Shown: positions 32,773 to 44,407 of the stretch, piece after piece
Layout of the letters: the number at the start of each line of letters is the position of its first letter
How positions within the stretch are numbered: the first letter of the stretch is position 1
Source: Gallionella sp.
GTDB lineage: Bacteria > Pseudomonadota > Gammaproteobacteria > Burkholderiales > Gallionellaceae
DNA length: 64,000 nt
Direction: 5' to 3'
Assembly (NCBI GenBank): GCA_035702405.1
Contig: DASSQR010000096.1
Coordinates: 2,037 to 66,036, forward strand
Program-made: the position numbers and the translations under genes
Notes under the pieces: generated by a model
Databases searched by the model: none
Told to the model about the DNA's origin: nothing
Seen by the model: the letters and a program-made list of their open reading frames with translations, nothing else

Positions 32773-33672
32773 ATGGCAGAAATTACTGCAAGCATGGTTA
32801 AGGAACTGCGCGAGGCGACCGGTCTCGGCATGATGGAATGCAAGAAAGCATTGGTTGAATCCAATGGTGATTTCAAGGTGGCGGAAGAGCAGTTGCGCAT
32901 CAAGAGCGGCGCGAAAGCCAGCAAGGCCTCCACTCGCGTGACGGCTGAAGGTGCGGTCAGTACCTTCATCGCCGCAGACGGCAAGACCGGTGCCATCGTG
33001 GAAGTGAACTGCGAAACCGACTTCGTGGCAAAGAACGAAGACTTCGTGGCCTTCGCCAAGAGCGTCGCCGAAACCGTGGCCAAGAATGATCCGGCTGATG
33101 TTGCTGCTTTGTCCGATGCGGCCATCGCTTCCGGTGCTGGCAGTGTGGAAGAAGTCCGCAAGGCGCTGGTGATGAAGCTCGGCGAAAACATTTCCGTGCG
33201 CCGTTTCGCGCGCTATGTGTCCGCTTCCGGCAAGCTGGCCAGCTACCTGCACGGCAGCAAGATCGGCGTACTGCTGGACTATACCGGCGGCGACGATGCC
33301 ATGGGCCGCGACATCTGTATGCACATCGCAGCGAGCAAGCCGAAGTCGGTTGATGCGTCCGGCGTGAACCCGGAAGACATCGCGACCGAACGCCGTATCG
33401 CGATCGAGAAGGCGCGTGAAAGCGGCAAGCCCGAAGCGATGCTGGACAAGATCGCCGAAGGGACCGTGCAGAAGTTCCTGAAGGAAGTGACGCTGCTGGG
33501 CCAGGTGTTCGTCAAGGCCGAAGACGGTAAGCAGACCATCGAGCAATTGCTGAAGAGCAAGGGTGCATCGGTCACTGCGTTCCAGATGTACATCGTGGGT
33601 GAAGGCATCGAGAAGAAGACCGAAGACTACGCCGCCGCGGTGGCTGCCACGATCGCTGCAGCACAGGGTTGA
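32773..33672 (+). CDS. tsf: Elongation factor Ts
   Basis: [37 protein letters not shown]. Confidence 0.98.
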   Translation: MAEITASMVKELREATGLGMMECKKALVESNGDFKVAEEQLRIKSGAKASKASTRVTAEGAVSTFIAADGKTGAIVEVNCETDFVAKNEDFVAFAKSVAETVAKNDPADVAALSDAAIASGAGSVEEVRKALVMKLGENISVRRFARYVSASGKLASYLHGSKIGVLLDYTGGDDAMGRDICMHIAASKPKSVDASGVNPEDIATERRIAIEKARESGKPEAMLDKIAEGTVQKFLKEVTLLGQVFVKAEDGKQTIEQLLKSKGASVTAFQMYIVGEGIEKKTEDYAAAVAATIAAAQG

Positions 33673-33677
33673 TCGTC

Positions 33678-34397
33678 ATGAGCGCACCCGTCTACAAACG
33701 CATTCTGCTCAAGCTCAGCGGCGAAGCCCTCATGGGCGAGGACAGCTACGGCATTAATCGCACCGTGGTTGAGCGCATCGTTGCCGAGATTGCGGAAGTG
33801 ATTGGGATGGGAGTGCAGGTCGCAATCGTGATCGGCGGCGGCAATATCTTCCGCGGCGTGGCTCCGGCCGCGGCGGGGATGGATCGCGCAACCGCCGATT
33901 ACATGGGCATGCTCGCCACCGTGATGAACTCGATGGCGCTGCAGGATGCGATGAAACGCGCGGGGCTGGATTGCCGCGTGCAGTCCGCATTGAGCCTGGA
34001 GCAGGTGGCCGAACCGTTCATTCGCGGCAAGGCCCTGCGTTATCTGGAAGACGGCAAGGTGGTGATTTTTGCGGCCGGCATCGGCAGCCCGTTCTTCACC
34101 ACCGATACCGCCGCCGCGTTGCGCGGCGTGGAAATGTCCGCCGACGTGGTGATCAAGGCCACCAAAGTGGACGGAATTTATACCGCGGATCCGAAAAAGG
34201 ACCCGCATGCGATCCGCTACCAGAGCCTGAGCTTTGACGAAGCGATCAGCAAGAATCTTCAGGTGATGGACGCGACGGCGCTGACGTTGTGCCGCGACCA
34301 GAAGCTGCCGATTATCGTATTCAGCATCTTCAAGGCAGGCGCGTTGAAACGCGTGGTGCTGGGTGAAGGCGAAGGCACGTTGGTGCGTGTGAATTAA
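33678..34397 (+). CDS. pyrH: UMP kinase
   Basis: [39 protein letters not shown]. Confidence 0.98.
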   Translation: MSAPVYKRILLKLSGEALMGEDSYGINRTVVERIVAEIAEVIGMGVQVAIVIGGGNIFRGVAPAAAGMDRATADYMGMLATVMNSMALQDAMKRAGLDCRVQSALSLEQVAEPFIRGKALRYLEDGKVVIFAAGIGSPFFTTDTAAALRGVEMSADVVIKATKVDGIYTADPKKDPHAIRYQSLSFDEAISKNLQVMDATALTLCRDQKLPIIVFSIFKAGALKRVVLGEGEGTLVRVN

Positions 34398-34409
34398 CAG
34401 GGGGAGTTT

Positions 34410-34967
34410 ATGATTGCCGAAATTAGAAAAACGACCGAACACAAGATGCAAAAGTCCCTGGAGGCGCTGAAGGCGGACTTGGGCAAGGTGCGCACGGGAC
34501 GTGCGCATACCGGTTTGCTGGATCATGTGATGGTGGACTACTACGGCAATCCGACCCCGATCAACCAGGTGTCCAATATCACGCTGGTCGACGCGCGCAC
34601 CATCGGTGTACAACCGTATGAAAAGAACATGGTCGGCCCGGTGGAACGCGCGATTCGCGATTCCGATCTGGGTCTGAATCCGGCCTCCCAAGGCGAGCTG
34701 ATCCGGGTGCCGATGCCGATGCTGACCGAAGAACGCCGCCGCGATCTGATCAAGGTGGTCCGGTCCGAAGGCGAAAACGCCAAAGTGGCCGTGCGCAATA
34801 TTCGCCGCGATGCCAACAATCACCTCAAGGAAGCGCTCAAGAACAAGGAGATTGCCGAGGACGAAGAGCGCCGCACGCAGGACGACGTGCAAAAGCTGAC
34901 GGATCGCTTTGTCGCCGAAATCGACAAGATGCTGGCCGCCAAAGAAGCCGATCTGATGGCGGTCTGA
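34410..34967 (+). CDS. frr: Ribosome recycling factor
   Basis: RTGRA, YYGNPTP, LGLNP, LTEERR, VRNIRRD. Confidence 0.98.
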   Translation: MIAEIRKTTEHKMQKSLEALKADLGKVRTGRAHTGLLDHVMVDYYGNPTPINQVSNITLVDARTIGVQPYEKNMVGPVERAIRDSDLGLNPASQGELIRVPMPMLTEERRRDLIKVVRSEGENAKVAVRNIRRDANNHLKEALKNKEIAEDEERRTQDDVQKLTDRFVAEIDKMLAAKEADLMAV

Positions 34968-34977
34968 ACAGAGGAAA

Positions 34978-35053
34978 CAGGATTCAGAATGCAGGATTCG
35001 GCTAGAATGGCCGCCATTACTTGATCCTGAATCCCGCATCCTGAATCCTGAAT
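34978..35053. repeat. Heptamer-based (ATCCTGA) inverted repeat between frr and uppS
   Basis: CAGGATTCAGAATGCAGGATTC at 34978-34999 pairs with GAATCCCGCATCCTGAATCCTG at 35029-35050 (2 mismatches in 22). Confidence 0.8.
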
Positions 35054-35830
35054 ATGGCGTTAATCCCAAGCTCTACCCGCAGCATTCCCGAGACCCTTGC
35101 TGTGCCGCGCCATATCGCCATCATCATGGATGGCAACGGACGCTGGGCGAAACAGCGCTTCATGCCGCGCGTCATGGGGCACCAGCGCGGCGTCGAGGCG
35201 TTGCGGGAAATCGTGAGAACCTGCCGTGATCTGGGGGTCGAATACCTCACCGTGTTTGCCTTCAGCAGCGAAAACTGGCGGCGACCGGCCGATGAAGTTT
35301 CCTTCCTGATGTCGCTGTTCCTGAAAATGCTGGAACGCGAAGTTGCCCGGCTGCATGAAAAAAATATCCGGCTGAAAATCATCGGCGACCGCAGCCGTTT
35401 CGACGAGCCGTTGCGGCAGGCGATGCAGGATGCCGAGCAGCTAACGGCCGGTAACACGGGCTTGACGCTGACCATCGCAGCCAATTACGGCGGCCGCTGG
35501 GATGTAATGCAGGCGGTGCATGCACTCCTGAAAGATCAGCCGCAACTCGCCCAGACTTTCGGCGAGGAGGATTTGCAGCCTTACCTGGCGCTGGGTGACA
35601 CGCCCGAGCCGGATCTGTTCATTCGTACCGGCGGCGAACAGCGCATCAGTAACTTCCTGCTGTGGCAGCTCGCTTATACCGAACTTTATTTCACCGACAC
35701 GCTGTGGCCCGCATTTAATCGCGAACAGTTGCTGGCCGCGATCGATTCGTTCCGGAAACGCGAGCGCCGTTTCGGTCGTACCAGCGAGCAGGTACAAGAC
35801 AAGGCCGCAAAAGGAGGACAGGGTGCTTAA
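35054..35830 (+). CDS. uppS: Undecaprenyl diphosphate synthase
   Basis: HIAIIMDGNGRWA, FAFSSENWRRP, NYGGR, IRTGGEQRISNFLLWQ. Confidence 0.97.
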   Translation: MALIPSSTRSIPETLAVPRHIAIIMDGNGRWAKQRFMPRVMGHQRGVEALREIVRTCRDLGVEYLTVFAFSSENWRRPADEVSFLMSLFLKMLEREVARLHEKNIRLKIIGDRSRFDEPLRQAMQDAEQLTAGNTGLTLTIAANYGGRWDVMQAVHALLKDQPQLAQTFGEEDLQPYLALGDTPEPDLFIRTGGEQRISNFLLWQLAYTELYFTDTLWPAFNREQLLAAIDSFRKRERRFGRTSEQVQDKAAKGGQGA

Positions 35831-36653
35831 AACCCGGGTGCTCACCGCACTGATTTTGTTCGGGCTGCTTCTGGTAGCCCTGTTTGTGCTGCCGACCGTG
35901 GGGTGGTCCATCTTGGTGCTGGTGGTGATCATGCAGGGCGCGGTCGAGTGGGCGCGCCTGTCAGGCATGAGAGGCCGGCAGGCGAGCCTTTACTGGGTTG
36001 TGATCCTGCTGTCGATGCTGGCACTGCTGTGGCTTGATGCCAATACCACTGCCACCCAGCAAGTGTATTTCCATATGCCGGTTTATCTCGTTTCCGCGCT
36101 CCTGTGGCTGATCATTGCGCCGACCTGGCTGATGATCGGCTGGAAGATCGATCAGCCGGTCCTGATGGCTGCGACCGGTTGGGCAGTGCTGGTTCCGACC
36201 GGGCTCGCGATGCTGGATCTGCGTGCGACGCCGCCGATGCCATGGGTGCTGCTCGCAGTGATGGGGCTGGTCTGGGTCGCGGACATCAGCGCTTACTTTG
36301 CCGGGCGCAGATTCGGCACACACAAACTGGCGCCCGAGATCAGCCCCGGTAAAACCTGGGAAGGTGTCGGCGGGGCGATTATCGGGGTAACGATTTATAT
36401 CTTGCTGGTGTGGCGGTTCAACCCGGCCTTCCTTCCGCGCGAAGCGCTGCCGGGATTGCTGCTGGCATCCTGGTGGTGGGTGTGCCTCGCGGTGATCGGC
36501 GACCTGTTCGAGTCTGCGATCAAACGGCAGGCCGGCGTCAAAGATAGCGGGGCTCTGCTGCCCGGTCACGGCGGATTGCTCGATCGCATCGATGCATTGA
36601 CCTCAACCTTGCCGCTCGCCGCCCTGGCCATGCTGTTGCAGAAACTGGCCTAG
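35823..36653 (+). CDS. cdsA: Phosphatidate cytidylyltransferase
   Basis: GTG start LKTRVLT; DISAYFAG, ISPGKTWEG, GDLFES.IKR..GVKDSG..LPGHGG.LDR.D. Confidence 0.95.
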   Translation: MLKTRVLTALILFGLLLVALFVLPTVGWSILVLVVIMQGAVEWARLSGMRGRQASLYWVVILLSMLALLWLDANTTATQQVYFHMPVYLVSALLWLIIAPTWLMIGWKIDQPVLMAATGWAVLVPTGLAMLDLRATPPMPWVLLAVMGLVWVADISAYFAGRRFGTHKLAPEISPGKTWEGVGGAIIGVTIYILLVWRFNPAFLPREALPGLLLASWWWVCLAVIGDLFESAIKRQAGVKDSGALLPGHGGLLDRIDALTSTLPLAALAMLLQKLA

Positions 36654-36656
36654 ACG

Positions 36657-37838
36657 ATGCAGCAATTAACTGTTCTTGGCTCTACCGGGAGTATTGGCTG
36701 CAGCACACTGGATGTGGTTGCACGCCATCCGGACAAATTCAGGATCGCCGCGCTGACTGCGAACCGGCAGGTCGATTCATTATTTCGCCAATGCCGCCAG
36801 TTCCAGCCGCGCTATGCGGTGCTGCAGGATGAAGAAAGCGCCGGCCGGTTGCGCACGCTGATTCGTGACGCCGGGCTTGATACCGAGGTGCTGAGCGGTG
36901 CGGAGGCGCTTGAACAGGTTGCCGTGCTGCCGGCGGTCGACGCGGTGATGGCGGCGATCGTCGGCGCGGCCGGCCTGCGTCCCACCATCGCGGCAGCGCG
37001 CGCGGGCAAGAAAATTCTGTTGGCCAACAAGGAGACTCTGGTGGTGGCCGGCAGCGTGTTCATGGATGCGGTACACGCGAGCGGCTCGGCACTGCTGCCG
37101 ATCGACAGCGAACACAACGCGATCTTTCAGTCGCTGCCGCGTGGCTATGATGGTAATCTGGCGCGCAACGGTGTGCGGCGGATTTTGCTGACGGCATCGG
37201 GCGGGCCGTTCCGCAATACCCCGCTGAGCGAGTTGCAGCATGTCACGCCGGAACAGGCCTGCGCGCACCCGAACTGGGTGATGGGGCGCAAGATTTCGGT
37301 GGATTCGGCCACCATGATGAACAAAGGACTGGAAGTCATCGAGGCACACTGGCTGTTCAACGCCAGTGCTGACGATATCCAGGTAGTGGTGCATCCGCAG
37401 AGCGTGATTCATTCCCTGGTCGAATACGTGGATGGCTCGATGATGGCACAGCTCGGCAATCCCGACATGCGTACGCCGATTGCCTACGGGCTCGCTTATC
37501 CGGAACGGATCGATGCGGGTGTGGGCGCGCTGGATTTGTGCAAGGTGGCCACCATGACTTTCACCGAACCCGACTTTGAGCGCTTTCCCTGCCTCGCGTT
37601 GGCCTATCAGGCACTGCGCGCGGCCGGTACGGCTCCGGCGGTGCTGAATGCCGCCAATGAAGAGGCGGTGGCGGCATTCCTCGATAGACAGATTCCCTTC
37701 CTGTCCATTCCGCGCGTGATTGCGGCGGCGCTGGACGCGCTGCCGGTCCGCCAGGTCGGCAATCTCGATGATGTGCTGGAAGCGGACGCGGCGGCGCGAG
37801 CGCAAGCGCGGCAACAGATTCGCGAGCTGTCCCGATGA
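36657..37838 (+). CDS. dxr: 1-deoxy-D-xylulose 5-phosphate reductoisomerase
   Basis: [47 protein letters not shown]. Confidence 0.97.
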   Translation: MQQLTVLGSTGSIGCSTLDVVARHPDKFRIAALTANRQVDSLFRQCRQFQPRYAVLQDEESAGRLRTLIRDAGLDTEVLSGAEALEQVAVLPAVDAVMAAIVGAAGLRPTIAAARAGKKILLANKETLVVAGSVFMDAVHASGSALLPIDSEHNAIFQSLPRGYDGNLARNGVRRILLTASGGPFRNTPLSELQHVTPEQACAHPNWVMGRKISVDSATMMNKGLEVIEAHWLFNASADDIQVVVHPQSVIHSLVEYVDGSMMAQLGNPDMRTPIAYGLAYPERIDAGVGALDLCKVATMTFTEPDFERFPCLALAYQALRAAGTAPAVLNAANEEAVAAFLDRQIPFLSIPRVIAAALDALPVRQVGNLDDVLEADAAARAQARQQIRELSR

Positions 37839-39214
37839 TGACCCTGGGCGCCTTTATCGTCGCAATCGCGCTCCTGGTGCTGTTCCACGAGTTTGGACAC
37901 TATCTGGTCGCGCGCAGCTGCGGCGTGAAAGTGCAGCGTTTTTCGCTCGGCTTTGGCAAGGTGATCTATCGCCGGCGCTTCGCCCGTAATATTTTCGGCC
38001 GGCCCGCCGACCGCGATACCGAATGGGTGATTTCCGCTATTCCGCTGGGCGGTTACGTCAAGATGCTCGATGAGCGCGAGGGCGAGGTAGCGCCTGAAGA
38101 TCTGAAATACGCTTTCAATCGCCAACACGTGCTGAAGCGCATCGCGATCATCCTGGCCGGGCCATTCTCGAACTTTTTGTTGGCGATCCTGCTGTACTGG
38201 TTCCTGTTCGTGCACGGCATGCCCGGCGTAAAGCCGATACTGGGTAATGTGCCGGCCGGTTCGCCGGCCGCAGTAGCACAGATGCAGGCGGGTGAAACCA
38301 TCCTCAGTATCGACGGCGAGGTGATTCCGAGCTGGCAGGATTTGCGCTGGAAGTTGCTGGACCTTGCGCTGCAGCATGGCGAGGTCAAGATTGAGGCGCG
38401 CAGCGCCAGTGGTGTGCCATTGCAGCATGTACTGGACTTGCGAAACCTGGAAGCAAAGGATCTGGATGGAGAGTTTCTTGCCAAACTCGGCCTGAACCTT
38501 TACCAGCCCACCATCAGACCGGTCATCGGCAAGGTGATTGAGGGCGGGTTGGCGCAACGCGCGGGTTTGCAGGAAGGTGATGTAATCATGCGTGCAAACG
38601 GAAAGACCGTGCAGCGCTGGGAAGAAGTGGTAGAAGTCGTGCGCACCCACCCCGATCAAACAGTACAGCTCGATATTCAGCGCGGCGTCATGACGTTGAA
38701 CGTGACCGTGGTACCGCAGGCGGCAATGGAAAATGGCAAGATCATCGGCAAGATCGGTGCAGCGCCGCTGATCGACAAAGCCGTCTGGCAGGCATTGGCC
38801 ACCGAGGTGAGCTACTCGCCCGGCGCAGCGTTGATGCAGTCGCTACGCAAGACTTGGGAAACCTCAGTGGTCAGCCTGAAAATGCTGGGTAAGATGGTGG
38901 TGGGGCAAGTGTCGGTGAGGAATCTGAGTGGTCCGATCACCATCGCCGACTATGCCGGGCAATCCGCCGCGATGGGGCTGGTGGCTTATCTGGGATTCCT
39001 GGCCCTGATCAGCATCAGCCTCGGGGTGCTGAATTTGCTGCCCATCCCCTTATTGGATGGCGGGCACTTGCTGTATTATGTCGCCGAATTGGTTAAGGGA
39101 ACTCCGGTCTCTGAACAGGCGTGGGAGATTGGCCAGAAAATCGGCATCGCTTTGCTCGGCGCGTTGATGTTCTTCGCCATATATAACGACATTAATCGCC
39201 TTATCTCTGGGTAA
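37835..39214 (+). CDS. rseP: RIP metalloprotease RseP
   Basis: HEFGH, AGPFSN, two PDZ-like regions, NLLPIP.LDGG. Confidence 0.96.
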   Translation: MMTLGAFIVAIALLVLFHEFGHYLVARSCGVKVQRFSLGFGKVIYRRRFARNIFGRPADRDTEWVISAIPLGGYVKMLDEREGEVAPEDLKYAFNRQHVLKRIAIILAGPFSNFLLAILLYWFLFVHGMPGVKPILGNVPAGSPAAVAQMQAGETILSIDGEVIPSWQDLRWKLLDLALQHGEVKIEARSASGVPLQHVLDLRNLEAKDLDGEFLAKLGLNLYQPTIRPVIGKVIEGGLAQRAGLQEGDVIMRANGKTVQRWEEVVEVVRTHPDQTVQLDIQRGVMTLNVTVVPQAAMENGKIIGKIGAAPLIDKAVWQALATEVSYSPGAALMQSLRKTWETSVVSLKMLGKMVVGQVSVRNLSGPITIADYAGQSAAMGLVAYLGFLALISISLGVLNLLPIPLLDGGHLLYYVAELVKGTPVSEQAWEIGQKIGIALLGALMFFAIYNDINRLISG

Positions 39215-39217
39215 AAA

Positions 39218-41494
39218 ATGAAATTGAATAAAATTGCAGGGCTGATTTCCCTGCTTTGCATGTCTTCTGCTTGGGCGTTTGAACCGTTTACCATTAAAGA
39301 TATTCGCGTTGAAGGTATTCAACGGACCGAGCCTGGCACAGTATTCAGTTATCTGCCGGTCAAAGTGGGCGACACGATGGACGACCAGCAGGCAGTGGCT
39401 TCGATTCGTGCCCTGTATTCCACCGGTTTTTTCAAGGATGTGCGCCTGGAAGTCGAGCAGGGTGTGCTGATCGTGCAGGTGCGTGAACGCCCCTCGATCG
39501 CCAGCATTGAAATCAACGGCGTGAAGGATATTCCCAAGGACCAGCTCAAGGACAGCTTGAAGATGGTCGGATTGGCCGAGGCGCGAATTTTTGACAAAGG
39601 CGTGCTGGACAAGGCGGTCCAGGAATTGAAACGCCAGTATGTGGCGCGCGGCAAGTACAACGTGAACGTTACGTCCACCGTTACCGAGCTTGAACGGAAC
39701 CGGGTCGGGGTCGCGTTCAATGTGGTGGAAGGGGAAGTTTCCAAGATCAAGGAAATCAACATCATCGGCAACCGCGCTTATCCGGAAAGCGAATTGCGCG
39801 GCATGATGAAACTCAGCACGCCGGATTGGCTGAGCTGGTTCACCAAGAATGATCAGTATTCCAAGCAGAAACTGTCGGCCGACCTGGAAACCGTCCGTTC
39901 CTTCTACATGGACAATGGATTCCTGGAGTTCCGCATCGACTCCACGCAGGTCTCCCTGTCGCCGGACAAGAAGGATGTATTTATCACCGTCAATTTGAAC
40001 GAAGGCGAGAAATATACCGTTGGCAAGGTGGAGATTTCGGGCAATACGCTGGTTCCGAAACCTGAGATCGAAAAGCTGATCGAGGTGAAGCCGGGGCAGC
40101 CATTCTCGCGTGCAGCGCTGACCGACACCAGCAAGAAAATCGGCGAGCGGCTGGGTGAAGAAGGCTACGCCTTTGCCAACATGAATGCGATCCCTGACAT
40201 TAACAAGGCGAAGCACGAGGTGTCGTTCAACTTCATGATCGACCCGGGGCAGCGCGTGTATGTGCGCCGCATCAACATCGCGGGCAATACCAAGACTCGC
40301 GACGAAGTGATTCGGCGCGAATTCCGTCAGGTTGAAGGCGCCTGGTTCGATTCCGGGAAAATCACCAAGTCGAAGCAGCGCGTCGACAAGCTCGACTACT
40401 TCGAAGAAGTGAATGTCGAAACGCAACCGGTTCAGGGCACTGCCGACCAGATGGATGTGACCGTTACGGTCAAGGAAAAATCTACCGGCAATATCTCGGC
40501 CGGTGCGGGCTTTACCAATGGTGAAGGGATCGTGTTGTCGGGCAGCGTGACGCAAACCAACGTGTTTGGCAGCGGCAATCACGTCTCCGTGCAGCTCAAC
40601 ACCAGCAAGATCAATCAGGTCTATGCCTTCTCCTATACCAACCCGTATTACACCGATGACGGGGTAAGCCGCGGCTTCGATATCTACAAGCGTAATACCG
40701 ATTCGACCAGTACCCTGGTCAGCCAGTATACCTCCCACACTCTCGGCGGTGCCATCCGCTTCGGGGTGCCGATCGGTGAGGACACGGGAATCAGCTACGG
40801 CCTGTCGTTTGAACGCACGCAGCTCGGACTGCTGGCTGGCAGCCCGGTCAGCCTGCTTAATTACGTCCAGACCTTCGGTTCGAGCAATACGACCGTGCTG
40901 GGGTCGGTGGGCTGGGGCCGCGATAGCCGCGACAGCGCGATCTACACTACCTCGGGCACCGTGCAGCATGCCAACGCGGAAGTGGCCCTGCCCGTGTTCG
41001 ATATGCGCTACTACAAGCTGAACTATCAGCACCAGTGGTTCTATCCGGTAAGCAACGATTTCACGCTGATGCTGAACGGCGAGGCCGGCGTGGCCGGTGG
41101 TTATGGCGGCAAGCCGATGCCGTTCTTCAAGAATTTCTATGCCGGCGGTACCGGTTCGGTCCGCGGTTATGAGCCCAACTCGCTCGGTCCGCGCGATGCG
41201 ACCGGTGCCGTGCTGGGTGGTACCCGCCGGATCGTCGGTGGGGCTGAACTGTTGATGCCAGTACCAGGTATGGGCAAGGACAAGTCGGTCCGTCTTTCCG
41301 GATTCTTCGATGCCGGCGGGATATACGGGAAAGGCGATCAGCCGGGCAGCAAGGGCTTGCGTTATTCGGTGGGCGCGGCACTGACCTGGATTTCCCCGAT
41401 GGGGCCGCTGAAATTCAGCTATGCTATCCCGCTCAAGAAAGATCCGGTGGATAAGTTGCAGAAGTTCCAGTTCACCATTGGCTCGATGTTTTGA
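39218..41494 (+). CDS. bamA: Outer membrane protein assembly factor BamA
   Basis: IRVEGIQR POTRA, GNTKTRDEVIRRE, FYAGG..SVRGY, C-terminal FQFTIGSMF. Confidence 0.97.
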   Translation: MKLNKIAGLISLLCMSSAWAFEPFTIKDIRVEGIQRTEPGTVFSYLPVKVGDTMDDQQAVASIRALYSTGFFKDVRLEVEQGVLIVQVRERPSIASIEINGVKDIPKDQLKDSLKMVGLAEARIFDKGVLDKAVQELKRQYVARGKYNVNVTSTVTELERNRVGVAFNVVEGEVSKIKEINIIGNRAYPESELRGMMKLSTPDWLSWFTKNDQYSKQKLSADLETVRSFYMDNGFLEFRIDSTQVSLSPDKKDVFITVNLNEGEKYTVGKVEISGNTLVPKPEIEKLIEVKPGQPFSRAALTDTSKKIGERLGEEGYAFANMNAIPDINKAKHEVSFNFMIDPGQRVYVRRINIAGNTKTRDEVIRREFRQVEGAWFDSGKITKSKQRVDKLDYFEEVNVETQPVQGTADQMDVTVTVKEKSTGNISAGAGFTNGEGIVLSGSVTQTNVFGSGNHVSVQLNTSKINQVYAFSYTNPYYTDDGVSRGFDIYKRNTDSTSTLVSQYTSHTLGGAIRFGVPIGEDTGISYGLSFERTQLGLLAGSPVSLLNYVQTFGSSNTTVLGSVGWGRDSRDSAIYTTSGTVQHANAEVALPVFDMRYYKLNYQHQWFYPVSNDFTLMLNGEAGVAGGYGGKPMPFFKNFYAGGTGSVRGYEPNSLGPRDATGAVLGGTRRIVGGAELLMPVPGMGKDKSVRLSGFFDAGGIYGKGDQPGSKGLRYSVGAALTWISPMGPLKFSYAIPLKKDPVDKLQKFQFTIGSMF

Positions 41495-41569
41495 TTAAAC
41501 TACTGTCTTATGGCCGGGGCTGGATGATCCAGATGGACCCGGCCGGTGGTTGTGATGCATAAGGAGTAA

Positions 41570-42103
41570 ATGATGAAAGCAACGGTAAAAGCAGGTCTGC
41601 TCGCACTCTTGTTAGGCGCGGGAGTGGTGCAGGCCGCGGACTTCAAGGTAGGAGTGGTGGACACCGAACGGGTGCTGCGCGAATCCCAGCCGGCGATCAG
41701 GGCGGAAAAGAAAATTGAAAAGGAATTTTCCGGCCGCGATCAGGAGATCAAGAAAATGGCAAAGCAGGCAAAGGACCTGCAGGCCATGCTTGAAAAAGAG
41801 GGGCCCACGCTTTCGGATGCCAATCATCGCAACAAGGAGCGCGAACTGACCGCGCTGAACGTGAACTTGCAGCGCATGCAGCGCGAGTTCCGCGAAGACC
41901 TGAACCTGCGCAAGAATGAAGAACTGGCCATCGTGCTGGAACAGGCCAACAAGGCAATTCAGGCCATTGCCGAAACGGAAAAATATGACCTGATCCTGCA
42001 GGAAGCGGTCTATCGCAACCCCAAGATCGACATTACCGACAAGGTCATCAAGTACCTCGAAAAGCCGGAAGCCAAAGCAGCTGACAAGGCCGAAGGCAAA
42101 TAA
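41570..42103 (+). CDS. skp: Skp/OmpH periplasmic chaperone
   Basis: Signal peptide, KVGVVD, coiled coil, YDLIL, IDITDKVI; located between bamA and lpxD. Confidence 0.93.
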   Translation: MMKATVKAGLLALLLGAGVVQAADFKVGVVDTERVLRESQPAIRAEKKIEKEFSGRDQEIKKMAKQAKDLQAMLEKEGPTLSDANHRNKERELTALNVNLQRMQREFREDLNLRKNEELAIVLEQANKAIQAIAETEKYDLILQEAVYRNPKIDITDKVIKYLEKPEAKAADKAEGK

Positions 42104-42115
42104 CCAGCACACCGG

Positions 42116-43159
42116 ATGAACATGTCGTATCGATTGGCTGACCTCGCGGCTCGGCTTGGCGGGCGCGTGCTGGGAGATGGCGAGGTTTGCGTCAGCCAGG
42201 TTGCCACCCTCGAAAAAGCGCAGGCGCAGCACATCAGCTTCCTCGCCAACAGCAAGTATCGCGGGCAGCTGGCTACCACATTGGCCGGCGCCGTAATCGT
42301 CGGTCCCGCTGATGCGGACGCGACAGCGCTGCCGCGAATCGTTTCGAACAATCCCTACGCTGATTTTGCGCGGGTTTCTGCGTTGCTCAATCCGTTGCCG
42401 GCGGTCAGGCCGGGCATTCAGCCCGGGGCTGTGATCGGGGCAGGCGTGCAGATCGATCCAACCGCGAGCGTTGCGGCCACTGCGGTGATCGGCGACGGCG
42501 CCAAGATCGGTGCGCACAGCGTGATCGGTGAAGGCTGCAGTATCGGTGCGAATGCGGTGATCGGCAGCCATGTCCGATTGTACCCACGGGTAGCGATTTA
42601 CCACGACTGCGTGATCGGCGATAACCTGATCGCGCATTCCGGCGCGGTCATCGGCGCGGACGGGTTCGGCTTTGCGTGGGACGAGGGCCGCTGGCTCAAG
42701 ATTCCGCAGATCGGCCGGGTGGTCATCGGCAACGATGTCGAAATCGGCGCCAATACCACCATCGACCGCGGCGCGCTGGACGATACCGTGATCGAAGACG
42801 GCGTCAAACTGGACAACCAGATCCAGATCGCGCATAACGTGCGCATCGGCGCCTATACCGCGATTGCCGGCTGCGTCGGCATTGCAGGCAGTGCCACCAT
42901 CGGACGCTATTGCCGTATCGGCGGCAGCGCCGGCATTCTTGGGCATCTGCAGATTGCGGATCATGTCGAGATCGCCGCATTTTCGCTGATCGGCAAATCG
43001 ATTCGCGAAGCAGGTTCCTATGCCGCGATTTTTCCGTTCAGCAAGACCGACGAGTGGCGCAAGAATGCCGTGCACCTGCGCCATCTCGACGATATGGCGA
43101 AACGTCTTAAAACATTGGAACAAGAACTGGAGTCGTTAAAACGACAAACAGGGAAATAA
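42116..43159 (+). CDS. lpxD: UDP-3-O-acylglucosamine N-acyltransferase
   Basis: Hexapeptide repeats, [30 protein letters not shown]. Confidence 0.96.
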   Translation: MNMSYRLADLAARLGGRVLGDGEVCVSQVATLEKAQAQHISFLANSKYRGQLATTLAGAVIVGPADADATALPRIVSNNPYADFARVSALLNPLPAVRPGIQPGAVIGAGVQIDPTASVAATAVIGDGAKIGAHSVIGEGCSIGANAVIGSHVRLYPRVAIYHDCVIGDNLIAHSGAVIGADGFGFAWDEGRWLKIPQIGRVVIGNDVEIGANTTIDRGALDDTVIEDGVKLDNQIQIAHNVRIGAYTAIAGCVGIAGSATIGRYCRIGGSAGILGHLQIADHVEIAAFSLIGKSIREAGSYAAIFPFSKTDEWRKNAVHLRHLDDMAKRLKTLEQELESLKRQTGK

Positions 43160-43178
43160 GAAAGCAAGGAAAAGATTG

Positions 43179-43628
43179 ATGAGCACCACCATGGACATCC
43201 ACGCAATTCTCGAACACCTGCCGCACCGTTATCCATTCCTGCTGGTGGATCGCGTGCTGGCGATCGAGCCGGGCAAGAACATTACCGCCCTCAAGAATGT
43301 CACGATCAATGAGCCATTCTTCCCCGGCCATTATCCGCACCATCCGGTGATGCCGGGGGTGCTGATCATCGAAGCGATGGCGCAGGTGGCCGCATTGCTG
43401 TCGTTCAAATCGATGGACAGCAAGCCGGACGAGAAAACGGTGTATTACTTTGCCGGGATCGACGGTGCGCGGTTCAAGCGCCCGGTCAGCCCGGGCGACC
43501 AGCTGATCATCAAGGTCGCCTTGACCCGCAGCATGCGCGGCCTGTTCAAGTTCACTGCCCAAGCGGAAGTGGACGGGCAACTTGCCGCCGAAGCGGAATT
43601 GATGTGCACCATGAAAACGGTGGCATGA
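43179..43628 (+). CDS. fabZ: 3-hydroxyacyl-ACP dehydratase
   Basis: [35 protein letters not shown]. Confidence 0.97.
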   Translation: MSTTMDIHAILEHLPHRYPFLLVDRVLAIEPGKNITALKNVTINEPFFPGHYPHHPVMPGVLIIEAMAQVAALLSFKSMDSKPDEKTVYYFAGIDGARFKRPVSPGDQLIIKVALTRSMRGLFKFTAQAEVDGQLAAEAELMCTMKTVA

Positions 43629-44398
43629 TGATACACCCGACCGCCATCGTTCACCCGAATGCCAAACTCGCCGACGATGTCGAGGTCGGCGCGTATTCCA
43701 CGATCGGCGAGCATGTCGAGATCGGCGCCGGTACGGTGATCGGTCCGCATGTGGTGATCAACGGTCATACCCGGATCGGCCGGCACAACCGCATCTTCCA
43801 GTTCTGTTCGCTGGGTGAAATCCCGCAGGACAAGAAATATGCGAATGAGCCGACGCGGCTGGAAATCGGCGACCACAATACCATCCGCGAATTCTGCACC
43901 TTCAATCTCGGCACGGCCCAGGATGCGGGCGTGACCCGCATTGGCAATCACAACTGGATCATGGCTTACGTGCATCTGGCGCATGATTGCCAGATCGGCA
44001 GTCACACCACCTTTGCGAACAACGCCCAGCTGGCCGGACACGTCGAGGTTGGCGATTACGCGATCCTGGGGGGGTTCACTGTGGTGCATCAGTTCGTCAA
44101 GATCGGGGCACACATCATCACTGGCATGGGCACAATCCTGTTGCAGGATGTGCCACCTTATGTGCTCGCGTCCGGCAATCCATCGGTCCCGCATGGCATC
44201 AATGCAGAAGGGTTGAAGCGGCGTGGTTTTTCCAGCGCGTCAATCATGGCGGTCAAGCGCGCATACAAGACATTGTATAGATCCGGTCTGAGTCTTGAGG
44301 AAGCCAGGGCATCAATTCGCGCCCAGGCGATGGAACAGCCCGAGCTGCAACGGTTGGCAGATTTTCTCGAACAAACCCAGCGCGGCATTATTCGCTGA
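43625..44398 (+). CDS. lpxA: UDP-N-acetylglucosamine O-acyltransferase
   Basis: IHPTAIV, PQDKKY, IREF, HLAHDC, VHQF. Confidence 0.97.
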   Translation: MMIHPTAIVHPNAKLADDVEVGAYSTIGEHVEIGAGTVIGPHVVINGHTRIGRHNRIFQFCSLGEIPQDKKYANEPTRLEIGDHNTIREFCTFNLGTAQDAGVTRIGNHNWIMAYVHLAHDCQIGSHTTFANNAQLAGHVEVGDYAILGGFTVVHQFVKIGAHIITGMGTILLQDVPPYVLASGNPSVPHGINAEGLKRRGFSSASIMAVKRAYKTLYRSGLSLEEARASIRAQAMEQPELQRLADFLEQTQRGIIR

Positions 44399-44407
44399 TC
44401 ATTCGCC

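Noticed and set aside
39050-41032. 660-aa antisense ORF opposite bamA, and many similar long shadow ORFs (e.g. 33627-35069, 41612-43123, 7685-9100, 61835-63004)
   Set aside because: They overlap well-recognised genes on the other strand or frame and have no motifs; they are expected from GC-rich codon bias.
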